The notes below the pieces were generated by a model that did no database searches, was not told the DNA's origin, and saw only the letters and a list, made by a program, of their open reading frames with translations. Made by a program: the position numbers and the translations under genes. From Gemmatimonadota bacterium (GTDB taxonomy: Bacteria; Gemmatimonadota; Gemmatimonadetes; Gemmatimonadales; GWC2-71-9), in contig JBDHEI010000004.1 of the NCBI GenBank assembly GCA_039591075.1, positions 29,537 through 93,536 of the forward strand: a DNA stretch of 64,000 nt. The letters are read 5' to 3'. How positions within the stretch are numbered: the stretch's first letter is position 1; the number at the start of each line of letters is the position of its first letter. Positions 35,887-45,500 of this stretch are shown here, in pieces.

Positions 35887-36199
35887 AATGGGCCACTCCA
35901 ATCAGGCCCCGTCGCGCATCCGTTTGATCGGCCCCGGGTCACCCGAGGCGAGAGTATGCCCCGACTCGACCTGCCGTCAAGCGCTCCGGGGCGATTTGGC
36001 CCAGGCCTGAAGCGGGATTCAGGCCGATTTCACCCCATTTTCATAGGCTTCTGCGTAAGGTGAGCCGTCATCCTTGATGGGTGGCCACTGCGGGAATGCC
36101 CTTTGAGGGAAGGGCCGGCGTTCGCGGCGCCGCCGCAGCCTGAGGGGTTTTGACGTCGGCCGCAGGCAAGACGAACGGGATCGTCGAGCATGTAATCCG

Positions 36200-36309
36200 G
36201 CAGAAAATCGGCAAAGCCCTGCGCCAGTCCGATTTGTGGTGCTTACAACCAGGCTACGGAGGGAAATCCCTTACCCCCGGTGCACGGGAGGGCACCGGGG
36301 GTTTTTTTT
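36200..36309 (+). ncRNA. Candidate small RNA (5' end unknown) ending at the intrinsic terminator
   Basis: No ORF. Stem AAATCGG (36205-36211) pairs with CCGATTT (36229-36235). A mini-hairpin GGGAAATCCC follows, then the terminator. A weak -10-like TGTAAT lies at 36191. The transcript could instead start as far upstream as ~35950. Confidence 0.3.
36274..36309 (+). terminator. Rho-independent terminator (plus-strand orientation)
   Basis: A 10-bp GC stem, CCCCCGGTGC with GCACCGGGGG, an 8-nt loop, then T8 (36302-36309). On the minus strand no U-tract follows the hairpin. Confidence 0.85.
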
Positions 36310-36332
36310 GTGCCTGCTAGGGGGCTCGGACA

Positions 36333-37742
36333 TCAGGAGATGAGTTGAACGGTGGCCGCATCTTGGGCCACCCGGGCCGTCCAGCCGTAGCGGGTCTCGA
36401 TCGCCGCGGCAAGGGTCTCGGCCGCCGTCGGTTCTCCGTGCACGAGATGAATCCCCTTCGGAGGTCCCTCGAACCCCGACAACCACTGTAGTAGTTCTCC
36501 CTGGTCGGCGTGGGCCGAAAGCCCGTCGAGGGTGTCGACCTGCGCCCGGACGGTCACGTCCTTTCCATGGATGTGGACCTCGTCGGCTCCCTCCTGGAGA
36601 CGCCGTCCCCGCGTCCCGGCTGCCTGGAACCCGACCAGCAGCACCGTGGTCCGCCGATCCGACAGGCGAAGCTTCAGGTGATGGAGAATGCGCCCGCCCG
36701 TGGCCATGCCGCTTGCGGAGATGATGATGATGGGCCCGCGGAGATCGTTGAGGGCCATCGACTGTTCCTGGGACTTGGCCAGGGTGAAGTGTGACGGATA
36801 GAGGGGATGTTTGCCCCGATCCTCGACCCGGCGCATGTCGACGTCGTGCTCCGCGGTATGGCGGAGGTAGGTGCCCGTGACGTCGATGGCCATCGGGCTG
36901 TCCACATAGACGGGCAGGCGTGGTATCCGTTTGTCATCCTCGAGCTGGCGCAGCCACCACAGCAGTTCCTGGGTGCGCCCCACCGCAAACGCGGGGACGA
37001 GCAGCGCCCCTCCGCGCTCGGCCGCAGTGCGCACACACGTTGCCAGGTCGTCGTCCACATTGGGCGGGTGGGTGCGGTTGCCGTACGTCGATTCCAGGAG
37101 CAGGTAATCGGCGCGTGGTACGGGCTGTGGATCGTGGAGGATCGGCCGCCCCCATCTGCCCAGATCACCGGAAAACACGAGATGAAGCGGCGTCTGCCCC
37201 TTTGTGCTGTCGAGGACGACATCGACGGTCGCCGAGCCGAGGATATGTCCTGCGGTTCGGAACGTGGTCTCGATCCCCGGTGTCACGGCGAAGGTCATCC
37301 CGAACGGTTGTGGCACGAGCAACTCCAGGGCGGCCTGCGCGTCGGCCATCGTATACAGGGGCAACGCGGGGCGGTGACGCGAATAGCCCAGGTAATTCGC
37401 ATGTGCGGCATGCTTCTCCTGGAGGTACGCGGAATCGGGCAACATGTAGTGCAGCAGGTCGGCCGTGGCGTGGGTGCAGTAGACCGGCCCCTGATACCCC
37501 CGGCGGACCACCAACGGCAGATAGCCGCTGTGATCAATGTGGGCGTGGCTCAGGACCAGGGCATCGAGCTTTTTCGGGTCGAAGGCGGGCGCTTCCCAGT
37601 TCCGCTGCCGGAGTGCCTTGAGTCCCTGGAACAGGCCGCAATCGAGGAGCACCTGCCTGCCGTTTGCGCGCACCAGGTGCTTGGATCCTGTGACGGTCCC
37701 GGCGGCCCCGAGAAACTGGACGGTTTTCGTGACGCGTGCCAT
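36333..37742 (-). CDS. MBL-fold beta-CASP family RNA-metabolising hydrolase
   Basis: MARVTKTVQFLGAAGTVTGSKHLV, metallo-beta-lactamase motif SHAHIDHSGYLP, and beta-CASP/RMMBL-type C-terminus (SAHAD). The ATG at 37742 is chosen; the upstream ORF extension is low-complexity. Confidence 0.85.
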   Translation of the reverse strand: MARVTKTVQFLGAAGTVTGSKHLVRANGRQVLLDCGLFQGLKALRQRNWEAPAFDPKKLDALVLSHAHIDHSGYLPLVVRRGYQGPVYCTHATADLLHYMLPDSAYLQEKHAAHANYLGYSRHRPALPLYTMADAQAALELLVPQPFGMTFAVTPGIETTFRTAGHILGSATVDVVLDSTKGQTPLHLVFSGDLGRWGRPILHDPQPVPRADYLLLESTYGNRTHPPNVDDDLATCVRTAAERGGALLVPAFAVGRTQELLWWLRQLEDDKRIPRLPVYVDSPMAIDVTGTYLRHTAEHDVDMRRVEDRGKHPLYPSHFTLAKSQEQSMALNDLRGPIIIISASGMATGGRILHHLKLRLSDRRTTVLLVGFQAAGTRGRRLQEGADEVHIHGKDVTVRAQVDTLDGLSAHADQGELLQWLSGFEGPPKGIHLVHGEPTAAETLAAAIETRYGWTARVAQDAATVQLIS

Positions 37743-37891
37743 ATGCCTAGCTTGAGGAATGGTGCAAGTTGCCCGAATAGTAGATGATAGCCCCAGGGCC
37801 CGGAATAGTCGGTGGTGGTTGGTCGCTGCCGGGCTGGGGCCGGCGTCACACCGGGGACACCGATGTGGGATCGACTGAGGCACACACAGCG

Positions 37892-38483
37892 ATGACCAGT
37901 CTCGACGGGCCGGAGTCGGGCGGGTCGTCGTTTCTGCAGGCGGCTGATGTGGCTGTTGGGAGCCGCAGCGAGCAGGAGCGCTCATCGAAGGAGGTGAACG
38001 ACGCCCTGCTGACGCGTCTCCTGGCCGAGAGCCCCACGGCCGAGGTGATGCACGTGGTGCTCGCGGCGCTCATGGGCGTGCTCTTCTGGCCCCATGTCGC
38101 GCGCGTTGCGCTCCTTCTGTGGCTCGTGTCCATCGTAGCGGCGACCGCGACTCGGCTGTTCATTCGGCACCGACTGGTAGCGACACAGGCGGAGTACTCC
38201 TATGCCATCCGGATGCTCCGGGCCATCGTCGTGGTCACCGGTCTGGCGTGGGCCGTCGGTCCCGCCGTCGTTGTCGTTGACCTGCCGTTCGAGCATCTCG
38301 CGCTCCTCATGGTGGTGTTTGCCGGGTTCGTGGCGGGCGGGACGCATACGCTCGTGGCCGATGCCCGGAGCTTTTACGGCCTGACGGCCGCGTTGATGGG
38401 GCCGCTCGCCCTCAGCATCCTCGCGGCCGGGTACATGCGACTCCAAGTGATCGCATTCCTGCTGGGCGTCCTCTTCGGCGCTG
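37892..38483 (+). CDS. Polytopic membrane (sensor-input) module, probably the frameshifted N-terminus of the following hybrid kinase
   Basis: About 5-6 TM helices (VMHVVLAALMGVLFW, VALLLWLVSIVAATA, AIVVVTGLAWAVGPAVVVV, LALLMVVFAGFVAGG, LTAALMGPLALSILAAG, VIAFLLGVLFGAG). After ~38483 the frame continues to 38710 only as Arg/Gly-rich overprint of the kinase frame. Confidence 0.55.
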
Positions 38484-41264
38484 GTGGAGTACTTGCGCGC
38501 CGCGGCCCAGTTGTCGTCCAGCGAGGCAGCGGCTCGGCAGGAGCGCAGTTTCTTAGAGGCTCTTGTTGCCAGCGCCCCCACCGCCTTCGTTGCCATGGCT
38601 TCCGATGGAACCGTCCTGGGCACGAATCCGGAATTCGAGCGCCTCTTTGGGTACTCGCCGGAGGAGGCTGTGGGAAGCCAGCTGAACGATCTCCTGGTCC
38701 CACCGAGTGATCTACGAGTGGCCCGCGCACTCGAAAACCGGGTGGCTGCCGGGGAGACGGTGATTGCGGAGGTCCAGCGCCGTCGCAAAGACGGGTCGCT
38801 CGTCTGGGTACGGGTGGCCGCCGCGCCCGTTCGTGAGGCCGTCGGGCGCGGCACGTGGTTTGTCCTCTACGACGACATCTCGGCGATGAAGCGCGCCGAG
38901 GCGGCCATGCGCGAGGCGGAGCAGCAGTACCGCGAGTTGGTCGAGTCGGCCTCGGATCTGGTGTGGCAGGTCGATGGTCAGGGTAAGTGGACGTTCCTCA
39001 ACACGGCGTCGGAGCGGGTGTACGGGCAGGAACCCGAGTCGATGGTCGGGCGTCCGTTCGCCGAGGTGGTCGACCCGGAATATCTGGACCAGGATCTCGC
39101 GGCATTCGGCACGGTGCTGCGCGGAGAGGAGCTCCATGACTACGAGACGATTCACCGCCACGCCGACGGGTCTGTTCGCCACCTGAGCTACGCCGCACGC
39201 CCCGTGCGCGATGCGTCGGGTGCGGTTATCGGGGCCCGCGGGATGGCTAGAGACGTGACCGAGCGAGCGGCCACGCGGGTGGCTTTGGAGGAGGCGCGGG
39301 AGATGGCGGAGAACGCGGCCGCGGCCAAGGCGGCGTTTCTTGCCAACATGAGTCACGAGATCCGCACCCCCATGAACGGGGTCATGGGGATGACCGACCT
39401 GCTCCTCGATACGGAACTCACCCCGGAGCAGCGCCAATCAGCCGAGTTGATCCGGACGTCCGCGGAATCGCTGCTTCACGTCATCGACGAGATCCTCGAC
39501 TTCTCGAAGATCGAAGCGGGCCATGTGACCTTGGAGGAGATCAGCATCGACCTCCACGCCCTGCTGGATTCGGTGGTGCGGTTGCTCGCGATGCGGGCGT
39601 TCGAAAAAGGCGTCGAGCTGATCCTCGACCTGTCACCGGCGGTGCCCCGCACGGTACGCTCCGATCCCAGCCGGATTCGTCAAGTGCTCACCAACCTCAT
39701 CGGCAACGCGATCAAGTTCACGAGCCAGGGCGAGATCGTGGTCACGGTCAGCGTGGCGCCGGCCTCGGACGGTGAGCGAGAGATCCGGTTTTCGGTGCGG
39801 GACAGCGGGATCGGCATTCCCCAGGACAAGCTCGAGACGATCTTCGAGGAGTTCACGCAGGCCGACGTGTCGACGACCCGTCGCTATGGGGGCACAGGGC
39901 TCGGTCTGGCCATCTCGCGTCGCCTCGTCCACTTCATGGGCGGCGAGCTCATGGCGCGGAGCGACGACGTTCGCGGAAGCGAGTTCTGGTTCACGCTCTC
40001 GCTCCCGCAGGTGCCCGATCAGGAGACGGCCGCCGTGCATCGCGATCGAGCGGTGATTCGCGGCGCGCGAGTACTCGTGGTGGACGACAACGCTACCAAT
40101 CGACGGATCCTCCGGAGGATGCTCGAAGCGGCGGAGGCGGTAGTGCACGAGGAGGAGATGGCCGACTCCGCTCTGGCCGCCCTGCGCCAGGCGTCGAGGC
40201 AGGACACGCCGTACGCGCTGGCAGTAATCGATGCCTACATGCCCGTCCGGGATGGCTTCCAGCTCGCGGAGCTCATCCGCAAAGATGCAGCGCTCGGGGA
40301 CACCTGCCTGATGATGCTCACCTCGGCGGGGCAACGGGGTGACGCGGAACGATGCCGGGAGCGCGGCATCCGGGGCTACATCACGAAACCGGTCTCCGGC
40401 TCGGACCTGATCGAGGCGGCGGCGGTGGTCCTCTCGGGGAAGGGAACGGTCGACGAGGGCGCACAGCTCGTGACGCGGTACACCATCGAGGAAGCCCGCC
40501 GGCGTCTGCGCATCCTGCTTGCCGAAGACAACCCGGTCAATCAGGAGGTGGCCGCCAGGATGCTGCGGCGTCGTGGACACGACGTGGACGTGGTGGAGAA
40601 CGGGCGCCAGGCGGTCGACGCAGTGGGCCGCGAGGAGTATGACGTGGTCCTCATGGACCTCCAGATGCCGGAACTGGATGGGCTGTCGGCTGCCCGCGAG
40701 ATCCGCGCACTCCCTGGCGGTGGGGCGATTCCCATCATCGCCCTGTCGGCACACGCTCTCGAGGAAGAACAGGGACGTGCCCGCGCGGCCGGCATGACCG
40801 ATTACCTGGTCAAACCCTTCAAGCCGCACGATCTGTTTGCTCTTGTCGAGGGATGGGAGCAGGCCGCCGAAGGGGAGTCCGAGGTGTTGCCAGCTGACTC
40901 GACCCGCCCCGCTGTCGACCTCGCGGCGTTTCAGGATACCATGCGCGAGGCCGGGGCGGCAGACGCCGTCGACGAAATGCTGGAGCTCTTCCTTGCAGAT
41001 GCGCCGCAGCGAATGGCGGCGCTGGAGCGCGCCGCCGCCATGGATGACGTCGAGGGCGTGACACAGGCTGCCCACGCCTACAAATCGGCGGCCGGTACCA
41101 TCCGAGCGACCTTGCTGCACGAACTGCTGGGGGCGCTCGAAAAGGAGAGCCGTGAGGAGAACGCCGGGCGGGTTGCAGATCTTCTCATACGCGTGCGAGA
41201 AGAGCACGCCGCGGTGATGGTATACTTGCGGTCCGCACTCGGGGAAACAGCCGGCACGGCCTGA
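38484..41264 (+). CDS. Hybrid histidine kinase (PAS x2-3, HisKA, HATPase, REC, REC, HPt)
   Basis: PAS (FERLFGYSPEEAVG; WTFLNTASERVYG), H-box [18 protein letters not shown] and [11 protein letters not shown] Asp contexts LAVIDAYMP and VVLMDLQMPELDG. HPt AAHAYKSAAGTI. The frame opens only at 38451 (TGA at 38448-38450). Confidence 0.88.
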   Translation: MEYLRAAAQLSSSEAAARQERSFLEALVASAPTAFVAMASDGTVLGTNPEFERLFGYSPEEAVGSQLNDLLVPPSDLRVARALENRVAAGETVIAEVQRRRKDGSLVWVRVAAAPVREAVGRGTWFVLYDDISAMKRAEAAMREAEQQYRELVESASDLVWQVDGQGKWTFLNTASERVYGQEPESMVGRPFAEVVDPEYLDQDLAAFGTVLRGEELHDYETIHRHADGSVRHLSYAARPVRDASGAVIGARGMARDVTERAATRVALEEAREMAENAAAAKAAFLANMSHEIRTPMNGVMGMTDLLLDTELTPEQRQSAELIRTSAESLLHVIDEILDFSKIEAGHVTLEEISIDLHALLDSVVRLLAMRAFEKGVELILDLSPAVPRTVRSDPSRIRQVLTNLIGNAIKFTSQGEIVVTVSVAPASDGEREIRFSVRDSGIGIPQDKLETIFEEFTQADVSTTRRYGGTGLGLAISRRLVHFMGGELMARSDDVRGSEFWFTLSLPQVPDQETAAVHRDRAVIRGARVLVVDDNATNRRILRRMLEAAEAVVHEEEMADSALAALRQASRQDTPYALAVIDAYMPVRDGFQLAELIRKDAALGDTCLMMLTSAGQRGDAERCRERGIRGYITKPVSGSDLIEAAAVVLSGKGTVDEGAQLVTRYTIEEARRRLRILLAEDNPVNQEVAARMLRRRGHDVDVVENGRQAVDAVGREEYDVVLMDLQMPELDGLSAAREIRALPGGGAIPIIALSAHALEEEQGRARAAGMTDYLVKPFKPHDLFALVEGWEQAAEGESEVLPADSTRPAVDLAAFQDTMREAGAADAVDEMLELFLADAPQRMAALERAAAMDDVEGVTQAAHAYKSAAGTIRATLLHELLGALEKESREENAGRVADLLIRVREEHAAVMVYLRSALGETAGTA

Positions 41265-41432
41265 GACCGGCGGACCGACGCCTCCGCGCCACTGCCAGGG
41301 TTATCGGATCCATTTCGCCACCGGGGTCCCCGGGGTGCACCGCCTGCATCGTTGCCCTCACCTCCCGTAGGGCCATAGGTTGGCATGGTCTCGGGTGTGT
41401 GCGGGCTCAGCCAGTATCTGGAGGTTTTCTGA

Positions 41433-42563
41433 ATGAGATGGTCCTGGAAGCTCGGTCGTGTGTCGGGCATTCGCATCCAGGTACACTGGACGTTTCTCAT
41501 CCTCATCGCCTGGGTGATCGTCGTGCATGTCGCTCGCGGGGCCAACCTGCCGGCGATCGTCGGAGGTGTACTGTTGGTGCTGGCGGTGTTCGCCTGCGTC
41601 GTTCTGCACGAGCTGGGTCACGCGCTCACGGCGCGACGGTTCGGGATCGGCACCCGCGACATCACGTTGTTGCCGATCGGTGGCGTCGCGCGATTGGAGC
41701 GAATGCCGACGGAACCCCGGCAGGAGCTGTTGGTGGCGGCGGCGGGCCCTGCGGTGAACGTCGCGATCGCCGCGCTCCTGTTTCTGGGGTTGGCTCTTGG
41801 GGGTGCCCTCCGACCGGTGCAGGAGATCGCCGTGGTCGGCGGCAACCTACCGGCGCAGCTCCTTTGGGTGAACGTCGTGCTCGTGGGGTTCAATCTCCTG
41901 CCCGCGTTCCCGATGGACGGCGGGCGAATTCTGCGCGCGCTGCTGGCCTACCGACTCGACTATGCGCGGTCCACTCGGGTGGCGGCGACGATCGGCCAGG
42001 GCATGGCGATCGTCTTTGGGTTCCTCGGCCTGATCGGTCCCAATCCTTTCCTCGTGTTCATCGCGATCTTCGTTTATCTGGGCGCTCAGGCCGAGTCGCA
42101 GCATGTCCAGATGCGGACGGCCCTGGATGGCGTGACCGTGGGCGACGCCATGATGACAAGGTTCCGGGTTCTCGAGGGAGGCAATACGCTCGGGCAGGCC
42201 ATCGATGCTCTGCTCGCGGGAGCGCAGCAGGACTTCCCGGTCATCGAGGGCGACCGCATTGTGGGCTTGCTGACGCGAGCGACACTCGTCGCGGCCGTCA
42301 AGGACAAGGGCCCGGGCGTGCCCGTCGGCGACGTGGCCGAGCCGAATTGCCTGGTCGCGACCGAATCCGACGAGCTCCACGGGGTCCTGTCGCGCATGCG
42401 AGAGGCCAAGTGCCAGAGCGTCCCGGTGCTGCGGGGCAACACCCTGGTCGGATTGCTGACGCTGGAAAACGTCGGCGAGCTGCTCATGATCGGGTCGGGT
42501 CTCCGGGACGCGGCACGCCGAATCTACGCCGCAGGTGGCTCTTCGACACGAACGATGGATTGA
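41433..42563 (+). CDS. Site-2 protease family (peptidase M50) with tandem CBS domains
   Basis: SD GGAGG 9 nt upstream. HExxH motif VLHELGHAL, second metal-ligand motif NLLPAFPMDGGRIL, and a C-terminal CBS pair (VGDAMMTRF...FPVIEGDRIVGLLT; VPVLRGNTLVGLLT). Confidence 0.9.
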   Translation: MRWSWKLGRVSGIRIQVHWTFLILIAWVIVVHVARGANLPAIVGGVLLVLAVFACVVLHELGHALTARRFGIGTRDITLLPIGGVARLERMPTEPRQELLVAAAGPAVNVAIAALLFLGLALGGALRPVQEIAVVGGNLPAQLLWVNVVLVGFNLLPAFPMDGGRILRALLAYRLDYARSTRVAATIGQGMAIVFGFLGLIGPNPFLVFIAIFVYLGAQAESQHVQMRTALDGVTVGDAMMTRFRVLEGGNTLGQAIDALLAGAQQDFPVIEGDRIVGLLTRATLVAAVKDKGPGVPVGDVAEPNCLVATESDELHGVLSRMREAKCQSVPVLRGNTLVGLLTLENVGELLMIGSGLRDAARRIYAAGGSSTRTMD

Positions 42564-42595
42564 CGTAGCACGTTCTTCAACTACAGGCGCATGTC

Positions 42596-45500
42596 ATGAC
42601 GTCCTCCTCCTCATTGTGGCGACTACTCGAGCCGGGACGGTTCGAGAATCCCGAGAAGACACGCAGCGCGTGGATGATGCATTGGGTGCTTCTGGGAACG
42701 GCAGTCGTGCTCTTGCCGTTGTTTCCGCTCACGCCGCTGCTGACGGATCGACCCGGTCCGGTGTGGGCCCTTCACTCGGCGCTCCTCGCCACGACACTTG
42801 TTGCTCTGTGGCTGGTACGACGTGGCGCGCTTCGCGGCGTGAGCCTTGGGTTCACGAGCATGGCCTGGATCATCATCACCGTTGGGGCCGCGCTGTTCGG
42901 TGGCATCCGGGCTCCGGCCGTGCTGAGCTATCCGGTCGTGGTGGTGGCGGCGGGATACCTGGTGGGGCGCCGCGCGGCGGTCGTCTTTGCCGTGCTGGGA
43001 GCCCTCGCTGCGCTGGGCTTCGTGTGGGGTGATAGTGCGGGGGTCCTGCCCGAGGTGGCGGTCACCCAAGGACGGCTCTGGATGGGGGTGGCAGGCTCCC
43101 TGGCGGCCGTCACGCTATTCGTCGAGGTTGGTGTCTCCGCAGACGAGCAACGCCGGCACTACGCTGAGCAACTGGCGATGGCGCTCGAGGCTGCCCGGGT
43201 CGGGACGTGGGAGCTCGATCCCCGGAGCGGTGCAATGCGATGGGGAGAGGGCGCGGAGCGGGTCTTCGGTATCGACTCGGGTCGCGTCACTGGGACCTTC
43301 GATGTGTACCTCGGTCTCGTGGCCGAAGAGGATCGTGAGGCGGTCCACGACGCATGGCGCAGGGCGCGGAGCGGCGAGGCGGCGCTCGCTATCGATCACC
43401 GCATCGTGACGACGGATGGATCGGCTCGGTGGGTCGCGGTTCGGGGCCGACCGACCGAGCGCTACGACGGGAGTCCCGTGCGTCTTGCCGGCACCGTGAT
43501 GGATGTGACGGCCAGTCGAATGAACGCAGAAGCCTTGAGGGGAAGCGAGCGGCGGCTCGCGGAGGCGCAGCGGCTGGCGTCGCTCGCCAGTTGGGAATGG
43601 GACTCCGCAAGCGGCACGGTGGTTTGGTCGGAGCAGATGTATCACCTCGTCGGTGTCCCGGAAGACACGCGGCCATCGCGCGCGCACCTCTTGGAAGCGT
43701 TTCATCCCGACGACCGCGGGCATGTGGAGCGGCTCATCGAGCGTGCCGAACGTACCGGGCAACCGTTCGAGTTCGAGCGCCGACTTCTCCACGCGGACGG
43801 CACGGTGCGGCACGTGGTGGGTCGCGGGGAGGCCGTCGTGGATTCCGACGGCCGGGTCCGCGGTCTGCGAGGGTCGATCCAGGACGTGACGGGCCGCAAG
43901 CGCGCAGAGAGCGCGCTCCGCGAGAGCGAGGAGAAGTATCGGATCCTGTTCGAGCACTCGCCGGTAGGGATCGGCATCGCCGATACAGAGGGACATCTCC
44001 TGGCGTTCAACTCTGCGATGCTCGAGCCCGGCGGCTACACGAGGGAGGACATCGAGCAGATCGAGACCGTCGCCGACTTGTACTACGATCCCGCCGATCG
44101 AGAGAGCGTCTTCCTCGCCCTCCGGGAGCAAGGCGCGGTCCGGCAACACGAGGTCCGCTTCAAGCGTAGGCGGGGCGGGTTCTACCACGGCCTGATGAGC
44201 ACCCAGCCCGTGCTCTTCAACCGCCACCCAGCGCTGCTTTCGATCGTTCAGGATATCTCGAGCCGGAAACGCGTCGAAGCCGCGCTTCAGGATCGGGAGG
44301 AACGACTGCGCCAGGCACTGGCGGCGGCGCAGGCGGGCGCATGGCACTGGGACATGCAAACCAACGCCGTATCGTGGTCGGAAGAGAATTTCCGCTTGCT
44401 GGGGTTTGAGCCGGACTCGATGGAGCCCAGCTACACGCGGTGGCTCGAGAGCGTCCACCCGGCCGACCGTGCCGCGGCGCAGCGGGACGTCGAGGATGCG
44501 GTCGTCGGAAGGCGTGATCTCGACACGGACTATCGTGTGCAATGGCCCGACGGCACCGTGCGTTGGGCGAGAGACATGGGGCGCATCCGGTATGACGGTG
44601 ATGGGAAGCCCATCGCCATGTACGGGATCCAGATCGACGTGACGGATCGCAAAGAGGTGGAGCTCCGGTTGCGCGAGAGTGAGGAGCAGCTCCGCATGGT
44701 GCTCTCGCAGATCGACGAGGTGGTCTACGCGGTCGACATCGACCCTGCACAGCCCATGGTCGGCACCGTGACCTTCGTCTCTGACCGGACCCAGCAGATC
44801 CTGGGGTATACCAGCGAGGAGTTCGTGCGCAACCCCGAGCTCTGGGGTCAGGCCATTCATCCGGACGATCGAGAGGCAGTCGCGGAAAGTACGGTGCGGG
44901 TCCTGGAGAGCGGCGACGGAGTGACCCGTGAATACCGCCTGCGGCAGCGTGACTCGGGGGAGTATCGGTGGATGGAAGACCGAGTGGTGCCGCAGCTGGA
45001 CGCTGAGGGGCGAGTCACCCGCATGTTCGGAGTAGCGCGTGATGTCACCGAGCGCATGGAGACGCTCACAGCGCTCCGCGAGAGCGAGGGACGGCATCGT
45101 CGTCTATTCGAGACCATGGCGCAAGGCGTGGTATATCAGGATGCTGAGGGCGCGATCGTGGACGCCAATCCGGCCGCCGAGCGCATTCTCGGCCTCACGC
45201 TGGCGGAAATGCAGGGTCGCACCTCGGCCGATCCCCGTTGGCGATCGGTGCACGAGGATGGTTCGCCTTTCCCGGCCGACGAACATCCATCCATGGTGGC
45301 GCTCCGAACGGGAACGGCTGTACGCAACGTGATCATGGGCGTCTACCATCCCAAGACCGAGCAGCATCGCTGGATCGACATCAACGCGATGCCGGAGTTT
45401 CGCATGGGCGAGGCGGAACCGTACCGGGCGTACACGATGTTCTACGACATCACCGCGCGCAAAGACGCCGAAGAAGCGCTGCGGGCGTCGCAGGAGCGCC

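Noticed and set aside
35689-36063. A 124-aa plus-strand ORF overlapping the USP gene start and extending into the spacer.
   Set aside because: Most of it is antisense to the USP coding region and has biased composition. The part in the spacer (MPRLDLPSSAPGRFGPGLKRDSGRFHPIFIGFCVR) has no SD and no recognisable features.
36070-36110. Cobalamin-riboswitch-like GCCACTG...GGGAA string (ggtggccactgcgggaatgcc).
   Set aside because: The other conserved B12-element blocks (the GGTG..AATCC and CCC-GCCACTGT context, and the AGCCAGGA-type 3' block) are absent, and there is no downstream plus-strand gene to regulate.
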